Translations under genes and position numbers: made by a program | In this document: positions 48,672 through 58,553 of the stretch, piece after piece | Numbering within the stretch: position 1 is the first letter of the stretch | Layout: each line of letters begins with the position of its first letter | Assembly: GCA_964389655.1 (NCBI GenBank) | Contig: CAYMED010000013.1 | Coordinates: 1 to 64,000 of the forward strand | DNA from: an uncultured Candidatus Poseidoniales archaeon | GTDB taxonomy: Archaea > Thermoplasmatota > Poseidoniia > Poseidoniales > CAYMED01 | Direction of reading: 5' to 3' | Length of the DNA stretch: 64,000 bases | Notes under the pieces: generated by a model | Database searches by the model: none | The model's input: only the letters and a program-made list of their open reading frames with translations | Told to the model about the DNA's origin: nothing

Positions 48672-50090
48672 ATGACAGAAGAAGCAACCATTAGTGCATC
48701 AGAGATTGTGGGTGATTACAAGTATGGTTTTCATGATCCTGAAGACGCCATGATCCGCTTTGACAAGGGTTTGTCAGAAGATGTTGTACGTAACATCTCT
48801 GAACTTAAGGAAGAGCCGGAATGGATGACTGAATTGCGTCTTTCCGCCTATCGCCATTTTCTGAAGCGTCCGATGCCAGAGTGGGGTGCTGAAGAGATGC
48901 TAAAGTCGATTGATTTTGATTCTATTACCTATTTCTTGCGATCATCTGAAAGAACAGAAAATGATTGGGAAGATGTTCCCGAGCGCATCAAGAATACCTT
49001 TGACCGACTCGGGATACCCCAAGCGGAGCAAAAATGGCTGGGTGGAGTTACTGCACAATATGAATCAGAGGCGGTTTATCATAGCATTCGGGAGGACCTT
49101 GAATCACAAGGAGTCATCTTTCGAGATATGGATGCTGGATTGAGAGAGTATCCTGAAATTGTTAAGAAATGGTTTTGTAGTGTAATTCCTTATACAGATA
49201 ACAAATTTGCCGCGTTGAATACTGCAGTTTGGTCCGGTGGATCATTTCTATACATCCCTAAGGGTGTACATGTTGAATTGCCAGTTCAAGCCTATTTCCG
49301 GATAAATGCGGAGCGAATGGGTCAATTTGAGCGTACATTGATCATTGCCGATGAGGGCTCCAGCATCCATTATGTAGAAGGATGCACGGCTCCTAATTGG
49401 TCCTCAGATTCCTTACATTCTGCAGTTGTTGAACTCGTGGCACTCCCTGGTTCAAGCATTAGGTATACGACGGTTCAAAACTGGTCTACAAATGTATACA
49501 ATCTTGTAACCAAACGGGGCATTGCTCATGAGCATTCAACGATTGAATGGGTAGATGGAAATCTTGGCTCACGTTTGACGATGAAGTATCCTGCTGTGAT
49601 TCTCAAGGGGGAAGGGTCTCACGCTGAGATCATATCAGTGGCATGGTCGGGCGAAGGTCAGCATCAAGATGCAGGAAGCAAAGTGCATCATCTTGCACCA
49701 AATACGACAAGCCGGATTTTGTCAAAATCGATCTCAAATGGGGGTGGCCGTTCTTCTTACCGTGGCTATGTACGCATCACCCCAAATGCCATTGGTGCGC
49801 GCTCTAGTGTTGTTTGTGATGCCCTCTTGCTCGATGAAGATAGCCGTTCAGATACATACCCAACAAGCGAAATTGATACTCCAAACTGCACATTTGAACA
49901 TGAGGCGACGGTATCAAAAATCAGTGATGATCAACTCATTTATTTGATGTCTAGAGGCCTTTCAGAGGAAGAAGCACTGGGAATGATTGTGAATGGATTT
50001 TTTGAACCGTTTACGCGAGAACTCCCTATGGAATATGCGGTTGAGCTTAACCGCCTTCTCGCCCTAGAAATGGAAAATAGCATTGGTTGA
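48672..50090 (+). CDS. sufB: Fe-S assembly protein SufB
   Basis: [44 protein letters not shown]. Confidence 0.97.
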   Translation: MTEEATISASEIVGDYKYGFHDPEDAMIRFDKGLSEDVVRNISELKEEPEWMTELRLSAYRHFLKRPMPEWGAEEMLKSIDFDSITYFLRSSERTENDWEDVPERIKNTFDRLGIPQAEQKWLGGVTAQYESEAVYHSIREDLESQGVIFRDMDAGLREYPEIVKKWFCSVIPYTDNKFAALNTAVWSGGSFLYIPKGVHVELPVQAYFRINAERMGQFERTLIIADEGSSIHYVEGCTAPNWSSDSLHSAVVELVALPGSSIRYTTVQNWSTNVYNLVTKRGIAHEHSTIEWVDGNLGSRLTMKYPAVILKGEGSHAEIISVAWSGEGQHQDAGSKVHHLAPNTTSRILSKSISNGGGRSSYRGYVRITPNAIGARSSVVCDALLLDEDSRSDTYPTSEIDTPNCTFEHEATVSKISDDQLIYLMSRGLSEEEALGMIVNGFFEPFTRELPMEYAVELNRLLALEMENSIG

Positions 50091-50099
50091 GGTATTCCG

Positions 50100-51173
50100 A
50101 TGCCAACTACTGAATCTCTTATCCCGTGCCCAGACCCTGGACGTGCCAATCACCTTTGGCGATACTCCCCATGGTCAAGAGTACACCCAACTGGAGATAT
50201 TTCCCAGGTGCCTGATTGTTTAAGCGCTGATGTACGGATCGATAGCACATTGGACTATCATAATAATGCAGAATCTGCACCCATTGCTACAGAACTTCTG
50301 GAAGTAGGTATGGACCCTGCTTCTACACTGCTGGCGATCATGACCCCAGTAACTCATCGGATAAATATCCCCAAAAACACGATTTTACAGGACCCCGTGC
50401 GTGTATCTGTTTCGGCAGCAGGTAAGCGATCTGCTGGACGTCTTGATATTGAGGTTGGTTCTGCCTCACATGTTCGAGTAGAGATTGATATTGATGTTGG
50501 GAATGGATGGCTTGGTTGGATGCTATGTGCAAACTTGGGCATGAATTCGGGCTTGGAATTGTGGACGCGTGTTCTTGGCTCTCCAAGTGGTCTCCTCCTT
50601 CGCTCTGAAGGGATGCAAGTAGCAGAGAATGCTCGTGCAACTTCGGCATCACTAGTTGCAAGCAGGGGGAAAGTGAAGGCAGATCTCCGTGCATCTCTCG
50701 ATGGACTCAATGCCTCCTATGACCTTGGGGTTGCTGTTGATGGGTCCATGAAATCTCACTGTGATCATCACCTAAGGCTCGTCCATGGAGCACCTCACAC
50801 TCAAGGAAGACTTCGCTTGCATGCTGCCTGTGCTGATCAATCTCACAATATTGGCACAGGAAGATTAGTGATTGAGAAAAATTGCAGTGGAGCCGATGGG
50901 GGGCAAGTGTATCGATCTCTGATCTTGAGTGATGATGCTCAATCTGATTCGATTCCTGAACTTGAAGTTCTAACCGATGACGTACGTGCATCACATGGCG
51001 CTGCAAGTGGCCCAGTAGATCCGGAACAAATTCACTATTTGATGAGCCGTGGTCTAGAACTAGAAGAAGCAAAGCGAGAGATTATCAGGGGCTTGTTCGT
51101 AACCGCATTGGACCCCTGTGGTCTCATGCCTTTGCCATGGCGCAGTGAATTGGGAATAATAGAGGGCCTCTGA
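50100..51173 (+). CDS. sufD: Fe-S assembly protein SufD
   Basis: WRYS, PELEV..DDVRASHGA, YLMSRG. Confidence 0.85.
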   Translation: MPTTESLIPCPDPGRANHLWRYSPWSRVHPTGDISQVPDCLSADVRIDSTLDYHNNAESAPIATELLEVGMDPASTLLAIMTPVTHRINIPKNTILQDPVRVSVSAAGKRSAGRLDIEVGSASHVRVEIDIDVGNGWLGWMLCANLGMNSGLELWTRVLGSPSGLLLRSEGMQVAENARATSASLVASRGKVKADLRASLDGLNASYDLGVAVDGSMKSHCDHHLRLVHGAPHTQGRLRLHAACADQSHNIGTGRLVIEKNCSGADGGQVYRSLILSDDAQSDSIPELEVLTDDVRASHGAASGPVDPEQIHYLMSRGLELEEAKREIIRGLFVTALDPCGLMPLPWRSELGIIEGL

Positions 51174-52426
51174 TGGGTGATAATTCCTCCGAATATGACC
51201 CTTCTTCAGCGCGCAGTGATGTACCTATTTTGTCCAGAATATTGCCAAATGGGCGCTCGCTTGTGTACCTAGATAATGCAGCAACAACGCAGAAGCCTCA
51301 TCAGGTGATTGAGGCTATAACAGCCTACTATGAATTACACAATTCAAATGTTCATCGAGCGCTTCATACCCTTGCCCATGAAGCGACAACTGCCTATGAG
51401 GGTGTACGTGATCGTCTTGCTACATGGTTTGGTGCTGTGGATCGTGACCATCTTATCTTCACGTCTGGCACGACAGAGGCTCTGAACCTAGTTGCACGTG
51501 CTTGGGGGATGGTAAATCTGTCTTCAAGCGATGTGATTTTGTTGACTGAAATGGAGCATCATTCAAGTCACGTCCCCTGGCAGATGGTAGCTGCCAGCAC
51601 AGGGTCGGAGATTCGACATATACCCGTTGATGAAACGGGCGCTAACCTTGACCTTGCAAACCTCGATGAGTTGCTGGATGATGTCCGTGTGGTCGGTTGT
51701 GTCCACACATCAAATGTGCTGGGCACACGCAATCCTGTAGAGGAAATCATTGCCGCAGCTAAGAAACGTGGTGCCAAGGTTGTGATCGATGCAGCCCAAG
51801 CAGCAGCTCATGAGCGAATTGACGCATCTGCATTAGGGTGCGATTTTCTTGCAGCATCATCGCACAAAATGTTCGGACCTACAGGGGTTGGATGCCTTGT
51901 GGTCTCTCCGGGATTATTTGATGAAATGCAGCCTTTTCTTGGAGGAGGGGATATGATCAAAGAAGTATTTCTTCAACATTCTTCTTATGCGGAGAAAGCA
52001 CATCAATATGAGGCGGGAACTCCTAAAATCGCTGAAGTTATTGGATGGGGTGCTTCAGTTGAATGGCTCAGGCAATTTGATTTTGAGGCCGTTCATAGAC
52101 ACACCCTTGGTCTTGCTCGAAGAGCCGCGAATGGCTTAGTAGAAAGAATTTCAAATGTGCGTATATTTGGAGATCATTCAGACGATGAAAATGCAGGGAT
52201 TGTGTCTTTTCTTCACCCCATGATCCATGCGAATGACCTTGCAACTCTTCTCGACACATATGGAGTGGCAGTACGCAGTGGGCATCATTGCGCTCAGCCC
52301 CTGATGCGTCGTCTTGGCGTATCTGCAACAAGTCGCGTCTCCTTTGCTCTGTACAACAATCATGATGATGTTGATAGGTTTCTTGATGCGATGACTGATA
52401 TCGATTCTCGCTTCAGTTCAACTTGA
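51173..52426 (+). CDS. sufS: Cysteine desulfurase SufS
   Basis: YLDNAATTQKP, SSHKMFGP, EAGTP, RSGHHCAQP. Confidence 0.95.
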   Translation: MGDNSSEYDPSSARSDVPILSRILPNGRSLVYLDNAATTQKPHQVIEAITAYYELHNSNVHRALHTLAHEATTAYEGVRDRLATWFGAVDRDHLIFTSGTTEALNLVARAWGMVNLSSSDVILLTEMEHHSSHVPWQMVAASTGSEIRHIPVDETGANLDLANLDELLDDVRVVGCVHTSNVLGTRNPVEEIIAAAKKRGAKVVIDAAQAAAHERIDASALGCDFLAASSHKMFGPTGVGCLVVSPGLFDEMQPFLGGGDMIKEVFLQHSSYAEKAHQYEAGTPKIAEVIGWGASVEWLRQFDFEAVHRHTLGLARRAANGLVERISNVRIFGDHSDDENAGIVSFLHPMIHANDLATLLDTYGVAVRSGHHCAQPLMRRLGVSATSRVSFALYNNHDDVDRFLDAMTDIDSRFSST

Positions 52427-55400
52427 TTGAAGTGGGAGTTGATTTGTCCTTAGGAGCATTTGATCTCCACTTTTGGTCCCGTAATACGCATCCGGTTTAG
52501 CAAACGATGGCTGAATCGAGCAAGTGTTTGGTGGGTCATATGTTGGTTGTTTTTCTCCTACTGAGGATGGAGCAATCGGAATCAATTCATGAAAAATAAG
52601 CCAAGATTCCATGCGTATCTCCGGGTGTGTTCCTGATCCAGTCCATGTTGGTGAGTAATCTTGTCCGTTGTATAGGCCTCTATACGAGATGAGGTGATCA
52701 GTGCCTGCAGTTACGTGATTGGATACATCGAATGTGAATGGTTTGACATCCATTCCAGCGCACCACCCTGCTCGACCAAATGGCCAAGATCCAAATTGAT
52801 TGGCAATACCACCTTTGTCAGTTAATTTTCTGCATCCTTCGCGATCACCAGAACCTGTAGCATTCCCCACCATAGGGTGTGCTTCTGTAATTGACCACCC
52901 GTCTTCAAAGGTGAAGCGATGCTCGTGGTTGCAAAATTCGGCGCAATTAGCAGCATCCTTTCCGAACCCATGGCCAGTTACTACAGAGTATAATATCGAT
53001 ATATCAGCATCTAAGGGTACCGAAATTGTGAGGTCTCGGATATATTTGCTGAGATTATTGTAATCTTCATCGAAGTTCCCTCCTGTAAACAATTTGGCAC
53101 CACTCATGGGCCGAGTATTTTTGTCAGGATGATCTGAAAGAATTGCGACGATGTCTAGTCCGTAGCCATTCGCTCCTTGATAACGGAAGCCTTGTGCACC
53201 TCCATCTTTTAACAGAAATAGGAGTTCTGATACATCCGTCAGCCACCTTCCTTCGCGCCCATATGTGGTTATATAGCGAACCAGCTCATTGCATGTCGAT
53301 CCATTCCAAGGATTATCACATGCATGCAAGTAAGCAAGATAATCCCATTCATGGCACCCCCCGTAGCGGTCAGCCTGTCCATCTCCATTGTCATCGATCC
53401 CATATCGGTCTCTATGCTCCGTGCATGGGTTGTATGCATAGATTTCCAGCGTATCATAGTTGAGCATTTCTGAAGCATTTGGAAATGTAGCATTCCAACG
53501 GCTTGTATAGCCACTTTGCCATCCCCCGCTATGCCATTGCCCCGTTTCTGTAATTGGGACCAAACGCACACTTGGGTCTGCCATTCGCTGAACTGATTCA
53601 AATTCATATTCGTACATTTTTCCTTCTTCAGCAAGATAATCTAGACGATAATTTGGATCCGTTGTGTATTTCCGTGCCCAATTGTAAAATGATCCGATTT
53701 CTCTCCATTGCTGATATCGATCAATTCCAAATCCAAACGAATTCCATGCTTGAATGACATCACCAAAACTTCCTCCAATTGCCCCTCCCTGAGTTGTGAT
53801 GTAATGAATTCTCCCGCTTAATGCCGTTTCTTCAGTAGTACTGAGTGCCTGATAGACACGGTTCCGCATTTCTTTCACATCAGAGTCTGCTGAGGAATCA
53901 TATGATCCAAATAGAATATGCGTGTTTTCAGGAAGGTTGAGCAAAAATGAGCGTGGGTTTTGGCCCCATACTTCCGAATTCATTGAAGATCCATCATACT
54001 TGAACCAGAATAGAAATGTTGCATTACCGTCCCAGTGATCTGATAGACGAAATGTCCCGTCAGTTGTGCTTACGCTAAAATCATCAGCCCGCCCCAGTCG
54101 TGCACTGGAGTAAGGTCCTGTAGCATTCCATGGAATGCCCCATTGACTCGCCTCACAGCCATTTTCATCAACACCCCACCCACGTTTCGAATTGGGGCAC
54201 AAATCTCGTGAAGCAGAAACTCCATCAAAATCTAAATCTGTGCATCCGTCTGCGTCTACAACTGCACCTTGGGGTGTATTTGGGCATAAATCATGATCCG
54301 CATAGACCCCATCTTCATCAAGGTCAGAGCAACCACGAGAATCAATTGTGGCATTAATGGGTGTTGAAGGGCATATGTCTTCTGAGTCGTTGATATGGTC
54401 ACCATCAGAGTCACGCTGCGAGGGGCCACATCCATCTACATTGACCGATGAGGTTTCGTTGGAAGGCGTGTTTGGACATGCATCAGCATCTTGACGAACT
54501 CCATCTTGATCAAGGTCTGGGCAGCCACGTTCATCTACACTGGCATTAAGAGGTGTTTCCTGGCATAAATCATCGAAGTCTCCAATGCCATCTCCATCAT
54601 CGTCGATGTCTTCGTATCTGTCATGGCACCCATCATGATCCTTGTCTTCAGAATTACCCGCAACTAGTGGGGCTTCAGATTTTGGGCAATTATCATCGGA
54701 GTCATTGAGTCCGTCCCCATCATCATCGGGATCTTCGGAATCAGTGCATCCGTCATGGTCGTGATCTTTTCGATTTGAACTTGAACCAACTTCTCCACGG
54801 GGGCATGAATCTTCGTCATCGAGAAGTGTATCACCGTCATCATCATCATCTTCAATATCATCAATGCAGCCATCTCCATCGAGGTCTGTAGTTGAATTTG
54901 CTATGATCCCTATTGGCCCTCTTGGGCATTCATCCACGAGGTCAAGCCGCCCATCTCCATCATCATCCTCATCCTCTATCGTATCATGACATCCATCAGA
55001 ATCTCGATCTGTTTCAGCACCAGACATCCAATCTCGCAGTCCATCTATGCACAAATCCCGGTCATCTTCGACACTGTCGCCATCAGAATCAATCACTGTG
55101 TGCCCTCCATCTATTGTCTGATTTAGCAATATTTTGATTTCACTCCAAGTCGTTTTTGGCTTCTCAACACCACATGTAATTCCAACAACAAGAGTAAAAC
55201 TTGCTTCAACCCTACCGGTTTCGACCAGCAAGCGAGTCCCTCCATCCAGTAGAGTTGATGCTAATTCATTGTCACCTTCATCGGATGCAGTTGCCGTACA
55301 ACTCCATGTCAATGAATGTTCGACTCTTCCATCAATTAGTAATGAATCACCAGCATCAGCAATCCATTCTCCCCGCATATCAAGGATGGGCTTGTGGTCA

Positions 55401-55864
55401 ACTTCAGATACGTGAATCGTGATGGGCTTTGAGATGGTGATCCCCTCTCCAAGGTTCAAAGCAACATCAAATGTATGCACTCCAGGGGGTAACATGCTGA
55501 ATGAAATCTGTAATGAATCTTGACTTACAGTGCCAAGGACCGAGTCACCAACTTGAGGCACATTTTCGGGAAATAGATCTTGGCTATTCCAGTGTTTGCC
55601 ATCAGGGTTTAAACTCTCCCTTAGGATTGCGAAAAACGTCATTTCAGAATCCAATTCAGCCCCAGTTAGACTTCCACGTATGAGCAATCTATCTCCTACA
55701 ATCATACATGCAGCGCCTTCAATCTCACAATTAGGAATTTCAAGAATGAATTCAGGCTGAGCACCTTCCTCTATGTCTTCATCCGAGCTAAATGGTGCTG
55801 TGCAGCCCGCTAGGGTTTGTCCGGCAAACAGGATAAGAATCAGACTTGCCATTCTCTGATGCAT
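52418..55864 (-). CDS. Lipoprotein with TSP3-like Ca repeats and C-terminal peptide-N-glycosidase F-like domains
   Basis: LAGC lipobox; many DxDxDG..D..D.CP repeats; EWDY, ELVRYIT, TGHG...CAEFC, RAGWC. Confidence 0.82.
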   Translation of the reverse strand: MHQRMASLILILFAGQTLAGCTAPFSSDEDIEEGAQPEFILEIPNCEIEGAACMIVGDRLLIRGSLTGAELDSEMTFFAILRESLNPDGKHWNSQDLFPENVPQVGDSVLGTVSQDSLQISFSMLPPGVHTFDVALNLGEGITISKPITIHVSEVDHKPILDMRGEWIADAGDSLLIDGRVEHSLTWSCTATASDEGDNELASTLLDGGTRLLVETGRVEASFTLVVGITCGVEKPKTTWSEIKILLNQTIDGGHTVIDSDGDSVEDDRDLCIDGLRDWMSGAETDRDSDGCHDTIEDEDDDGDGRLDLVDECPRGPIGIIANSTTDLDGDGCIDDIEDDDDDGDTLLDDEDSCPRGEVGSSSNRKDHDHDGCTDSEDPDDDGDGLNDSDDNCPKSEAPLVAGNSEDKDHDGCHDRYEDIDDDGDGIGDFDDLCQETPLNASVDERGCPDLDQDGVRQDADACPNTPSNETSSVNVDGCGPSQRDSDGDHINDSEDICPSTPINATIDSRGCSDLDEDGVYADHDLCPNTPQGAVVDADGCTDLDFDGVSASRDLCPNSKRGWGVDENGCEASQWGIPWNATGPYSSARLGRADDFSVSTTDGTFRLSDHWDGNATFLFWFKYDGSSMNSEVWGQNPRSFLLNLPENTHILFGSYDSSADSDVKEMRNRVYQALSTTEETALSGRIHYITTQGGAIGGSFGDVIQAWNSFGFGIDRYQQWREIGSFYNWARKYTTDPNYRLDYLAEEGKMYEYEFESVQRMADPSVRLVPITETGQWHSGGWQSGYTSRWNATFPNASEMLNYDTLEIYAYNPCTEHRDRYGIDDNGDGQADRYGGCHEWDYLAYLHACDNPWNGSTCNELVRYITTYGREGRWLTDVSELLFLLKDGGAQGFRYQGANGYGLDIVAILSDHPDKNTRPMSGAKLFTGGNFDEDYNNLSKYIRDLTISVPLDADISILYSVVTGHGFGKDAANCAEFCNHEHRFTFEDGWSITEAHPMVGNATGSGDREGCRKLTDKGGIANQFGSWPFGRAGWCAGMDVKPFTFDVSNHVTAGTDHLISYRGLYNGQDYSPTWTGSGTHPEIRMESWLIFHELIPIAPSSVGEKQPTYDPPNTCSIQPSFAKPDAYYGTKSGDQMLLRTNQLPLQSS

Positions 55865-55939
55865 ACCACTCCCAATAGGCACAAGTGCATGAAGGCTTGC
55901 AGACACGCCTTCATAGGTGTGAAGGCAGTGCAACACTGT

Positions 55940-56251
55940 ATGGATTCCTCAGTTGTCCGGCAAGCGATTGCAGAAGTCATTGATCCTGAGCTCGAAATTT
56001 CGGTTGTTGACCTTGGCCTCATCTATGGGATTCGTCTTGAACTGCGCGATGATGAAATGCATGCAGAAATTGACATGACACTTACGTCTCCTGGATGTCC
56101 TGTAGGCCCAGAGCTGATGGCAGCAGTTCACCGTGCGTCTCTTACTGCCAAAGGCCTGGAAAGTGCACATGTAAATCTCGTATGGACCCCTCGCTGGGAT
56201 CCAAAAATTCATGCAACAGAGGATGCACAATTTGAGATGGGTATTTTTTGA
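55940..56251 (+). CDS. sufT: SufT / DUF59 metal-sulfur cluster assembly factor
   Basis: VIDPELEISVVDLGLIY, MTLTSPGCP, VWTPRW. Confidence 0.88.
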   Translation: MDSSVVRQAIAEVIDPELEISVVDLGLIYGIRLELRDDEMHAEIDMTLTSPGCPVGPELMAAVHRASLTAKGLESAHVNLVWTPRWDPKIHATEDAQFEMGIF

Positions 56252-56265
56252 AGATTCATGTTCAT

Positions 56266-57381
56266 CTACCTGCGAATGATAATGGTGAGTAGATCTCCAT
56301 CCATTAATTCATGATCCAACCCGATCCGCTGCCAATCAAATTTGGCAGAAGGTCCTTTCACCCTAGCATAGCGGAATTTACGAACAAAATCTCGGTGAAG
56401 TGTCATGCATACTTGCTCAACACTAGATCCTGTTTTGACGATTAATGGTTCCACCAAATCAGCTTCTTGGCCCTGTGGCTTGAGATATATTGACATAAAT
56501 CCTAGATTGTCATAAATGAAATCCTTCATTTTATCCAACCCAGTCCCTTTGAATGCAGAAATATGCATGATTGGCCAGCCCTTTGGAAGCGATGAACGAA
56601 TTCTCTTGAGATCTTGCTTCGTTGCCAGATCAATCTTGTTGATGGCAATGACTGCTTCGGAATAGATTCTATTTCCTGCCAATGTATCTACAATCATATC
56701 TGCAGTTGCAACAACTCGTAGAGTAACTACAGCAGAAACATAGCCAAAGTCACGCACAATATCTGCGATCTCACTTGCATTGAGTAGAGTTTGCTCAACC
56801 GTAGAACGAACAATGATCCCTCCACGGTTCGTTCGTTGAATGAACACAGGGGGTTTTTGCTGATTTAGGCGCATGCCCGATAATTCTAGTTCTCGATGAA
56901 GTACTTTGAAATGTGCTTCTTGAAATGGATCTACGATAAAAAGGACCATATCGCATGCACGGATCACATTGAGGATTTCTTTTCCACGTCCTTTGCCTGC
57001 TGATGCGCCCTTGATAAGGCCGGGCAAATCTAAAATCTGGATTTTTGCCCCACGGTGCTCCATTACCCCTGGTATGCAGGTCAGTGTTGTGAATGCATAT
57101 CCTCCTGTTTCTGAATGTGCATCTGTAACTTTTGAGATGAGTGTTGACTTTCCAACAGAAGGAAAACCAACCAATGCAACACTTGCATCTCCTGATTTCT
57201 TGACTTCAAACCCATCACCTCCGCCAGATGCTTTTGCATGCGCTGCTACTTTTTCTTTGCGCGCCTTGAGTGCAGCAATTTTTGCTTTTAGGCGGCCAAC
57301 ATGATGCTCAGTTGCCTTGTTTTTTTGTGTTTTATCGATTTCTGCTTGAATGGCAGCAATCTGTTCATCAATCGTTGCCAT
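56266..57381 (-). CDS. DRG-family (Obg superfamily) GTPase with TGS domain
   Basis: KNKATEHH, GFPSVGKST, FTT, DLPG, NKID. Confidence 0.95.
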   Translation of the reverse strand: MATIDEQIAAIQAEIDKTQKNKATEHHVGRLKAKIAALKARKEKVAAHAKASGGGDGFEVKKSGDASVALVGFPSVGKSTLISKVTDAHSETGGYAFTTLTCIPGVMEHRGAKIQILDLPGLIKGASAGKGRGKEILNVIRACDMVLFIVDPFQEAHFKVLHRELELSGMRLNQQKPPVFIQRTNRGGIIVRSTVEQTLLNASEIADIVRDFGYVSAVVTLRVVATADMIVDTLAGNRIYSEAVIAINKIDLATKQDLKRIRSSLPKGWPIMHISAFKGTGLDKMKDFIYDNLGFMSIYLKPQGQEADLVEPLIVKTGSSVEQVCMTLHRDFVRKFRYARVKGPSAKFDWQRIGLDHELMDGDLLTIIIRR

Positions 57382-57463
57382 TCAAGCATCACCTACTTGT
57401 TAATTTAGGGCAGCGGTGGATACGCATCAACTTCGTGGCGATTGTAAACCGCATTTGTGCAGT

Positions 57464-57865
57464 TTAGAGTTCTCCCGAAGCGGCCAACGCTCCGATGAGA
57501 ACTGCATAAAATATGATGCCAACGATTGATAACCCTGTGATGATCCATGCGATCACTAATGCGGCTTTCGCCGTTCCTTCATCTGGGTGGCCAGGATATG
57601 TTTTTGTGATTTTAAGGGCATTATTTGCCATGATAATTCCGGGAATTGAAAGAAAGCAACCACCGCAAAATACTGATAGTATGCTGAGGACAAGTGCAAT
57701 TGTGGCAGAAGTTTGTGGAACGCCAGCATACATCGGTTGACCCACCATGGCTGTATGTGGAGTCATCACAGCGGGCTGGCCCATCAAAGCAGGCTGGGGC
57801 GCCACTCCGGGTTGTTGGGCAGCCCCAATCACGACCGTCGGAGGCTGTTGGTCCATTGGTTGCAT
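57464..57865 (-). CDS. DUF4190/CD225-like 2-TM protein with Pro/Gln-rich N-terminus
   Basis: ATIALVLSILS...GTAKAALVIAWI. Confidence 0.7.
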   Translation of the reverse strand: MQPMDQQPPTVVIGAAQQPGVAPQPALMGQPAVMTPHTAMVGQPMYAGVPQTSATIALVLSILSVFCGGCFLSIPGIIMANNALKITKTYPGHPDEGTAKAALVIAWIITGLSIVGIIFYAVLIGALAASGEL

Positions 57866-57926
57866 AGCATCACATTGAGGCAAAGATGATGATAGTTGTG
57901 ATGTGTGAAAAATGGCAAATGCGCAT

Positions 57927-58418
57927 TCAGTTTTTCAGCAATTGTCCCCTAGCATCCACGGCATGATCATCCGTGAGGATGATGATCCCCTCAATTAATC
58001 CCCAAATGGCAGGGATAAACGCACAAATACCCAAGCTGAGGACCGAAATGAGCAATTGTGTGATTCCTTTTCCTGTATACCCTAAGTAGAAATTGTGAAT
58101 TCCTAGTGCACCGACTAGAACCCCTAAAAGGCCGGCTGCAAGTTTTGATTTTTGATTTGGTATCATCATCACTCCTGGCTGAGCAATCCCCGCCATTGGC
58201 TGTCCCATCACCATTCCCGGTTGAGCAACTCCGATCATAGGCTGCCCTAGGACCATTCCTGGTTGAGCGACACCCATCACTGGTTGCCCAGCGACGATCC
58301 CTGGTTGAGCGACACCCATCACTGGTTGGCCAGCGGCCATCCCTGATTGGACAGGTACTCCTCCTTGCTGAGGCGCCCCAATTACAACTGTTGGTGGCAC
58401 CTCTTCATCTGGCTGCAT
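57927..58418 (-). CDS. TM2 domain protein with repetitive N-terminus
   Basis: KSKLAAGLLG..GALGIHNFYLG...WGLIEGI. Confidence 0.88.
   Translation of the reverse strand: MQPDEEVPPTVVIGAPQQGGVPVQSGMAAGQPVMGVAQPGIVAGQPVMGVAQPGMVLGQPMIGVAQPGMVMGQPMAGIAQPGVMMIPNQKSKLAAGLLGVLVGALGIHNFYLGYTGKGITQLLISVLSLGICAFIPAIWGLIEGIIILTDDHAVDARGQLLKN
58171..58340. repeat. 42-bp degenerate tandem coding repeat (about 4 copies), GQP(V/M)xGxAQPGxV
   Basis: ctggttgagcgacacccatcactggttg occurs at 58259 and 58301; peptide periodicity of 14 aa. Confidence 0.85.
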
Positions 58419-58553
58419 GGATCGTGATTGAAGTATAGGTGATGATGTTTTCCTCAGCCATTGTTTCCAGACTCTCTGCGTATTCTTCCGAATGTATCTA
58501 AACTTCTACAACTGGTATTGTGATGGCCTTCAAATGTATGGGTTTTTGCTCAC

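Noticed and set aside
58419-58553. GTGATGA box C-like motif suggesting an sRNA
   Set aside because: There is no suitably placed box D, and it is better explained as part of the duplicated minus-strand promoter
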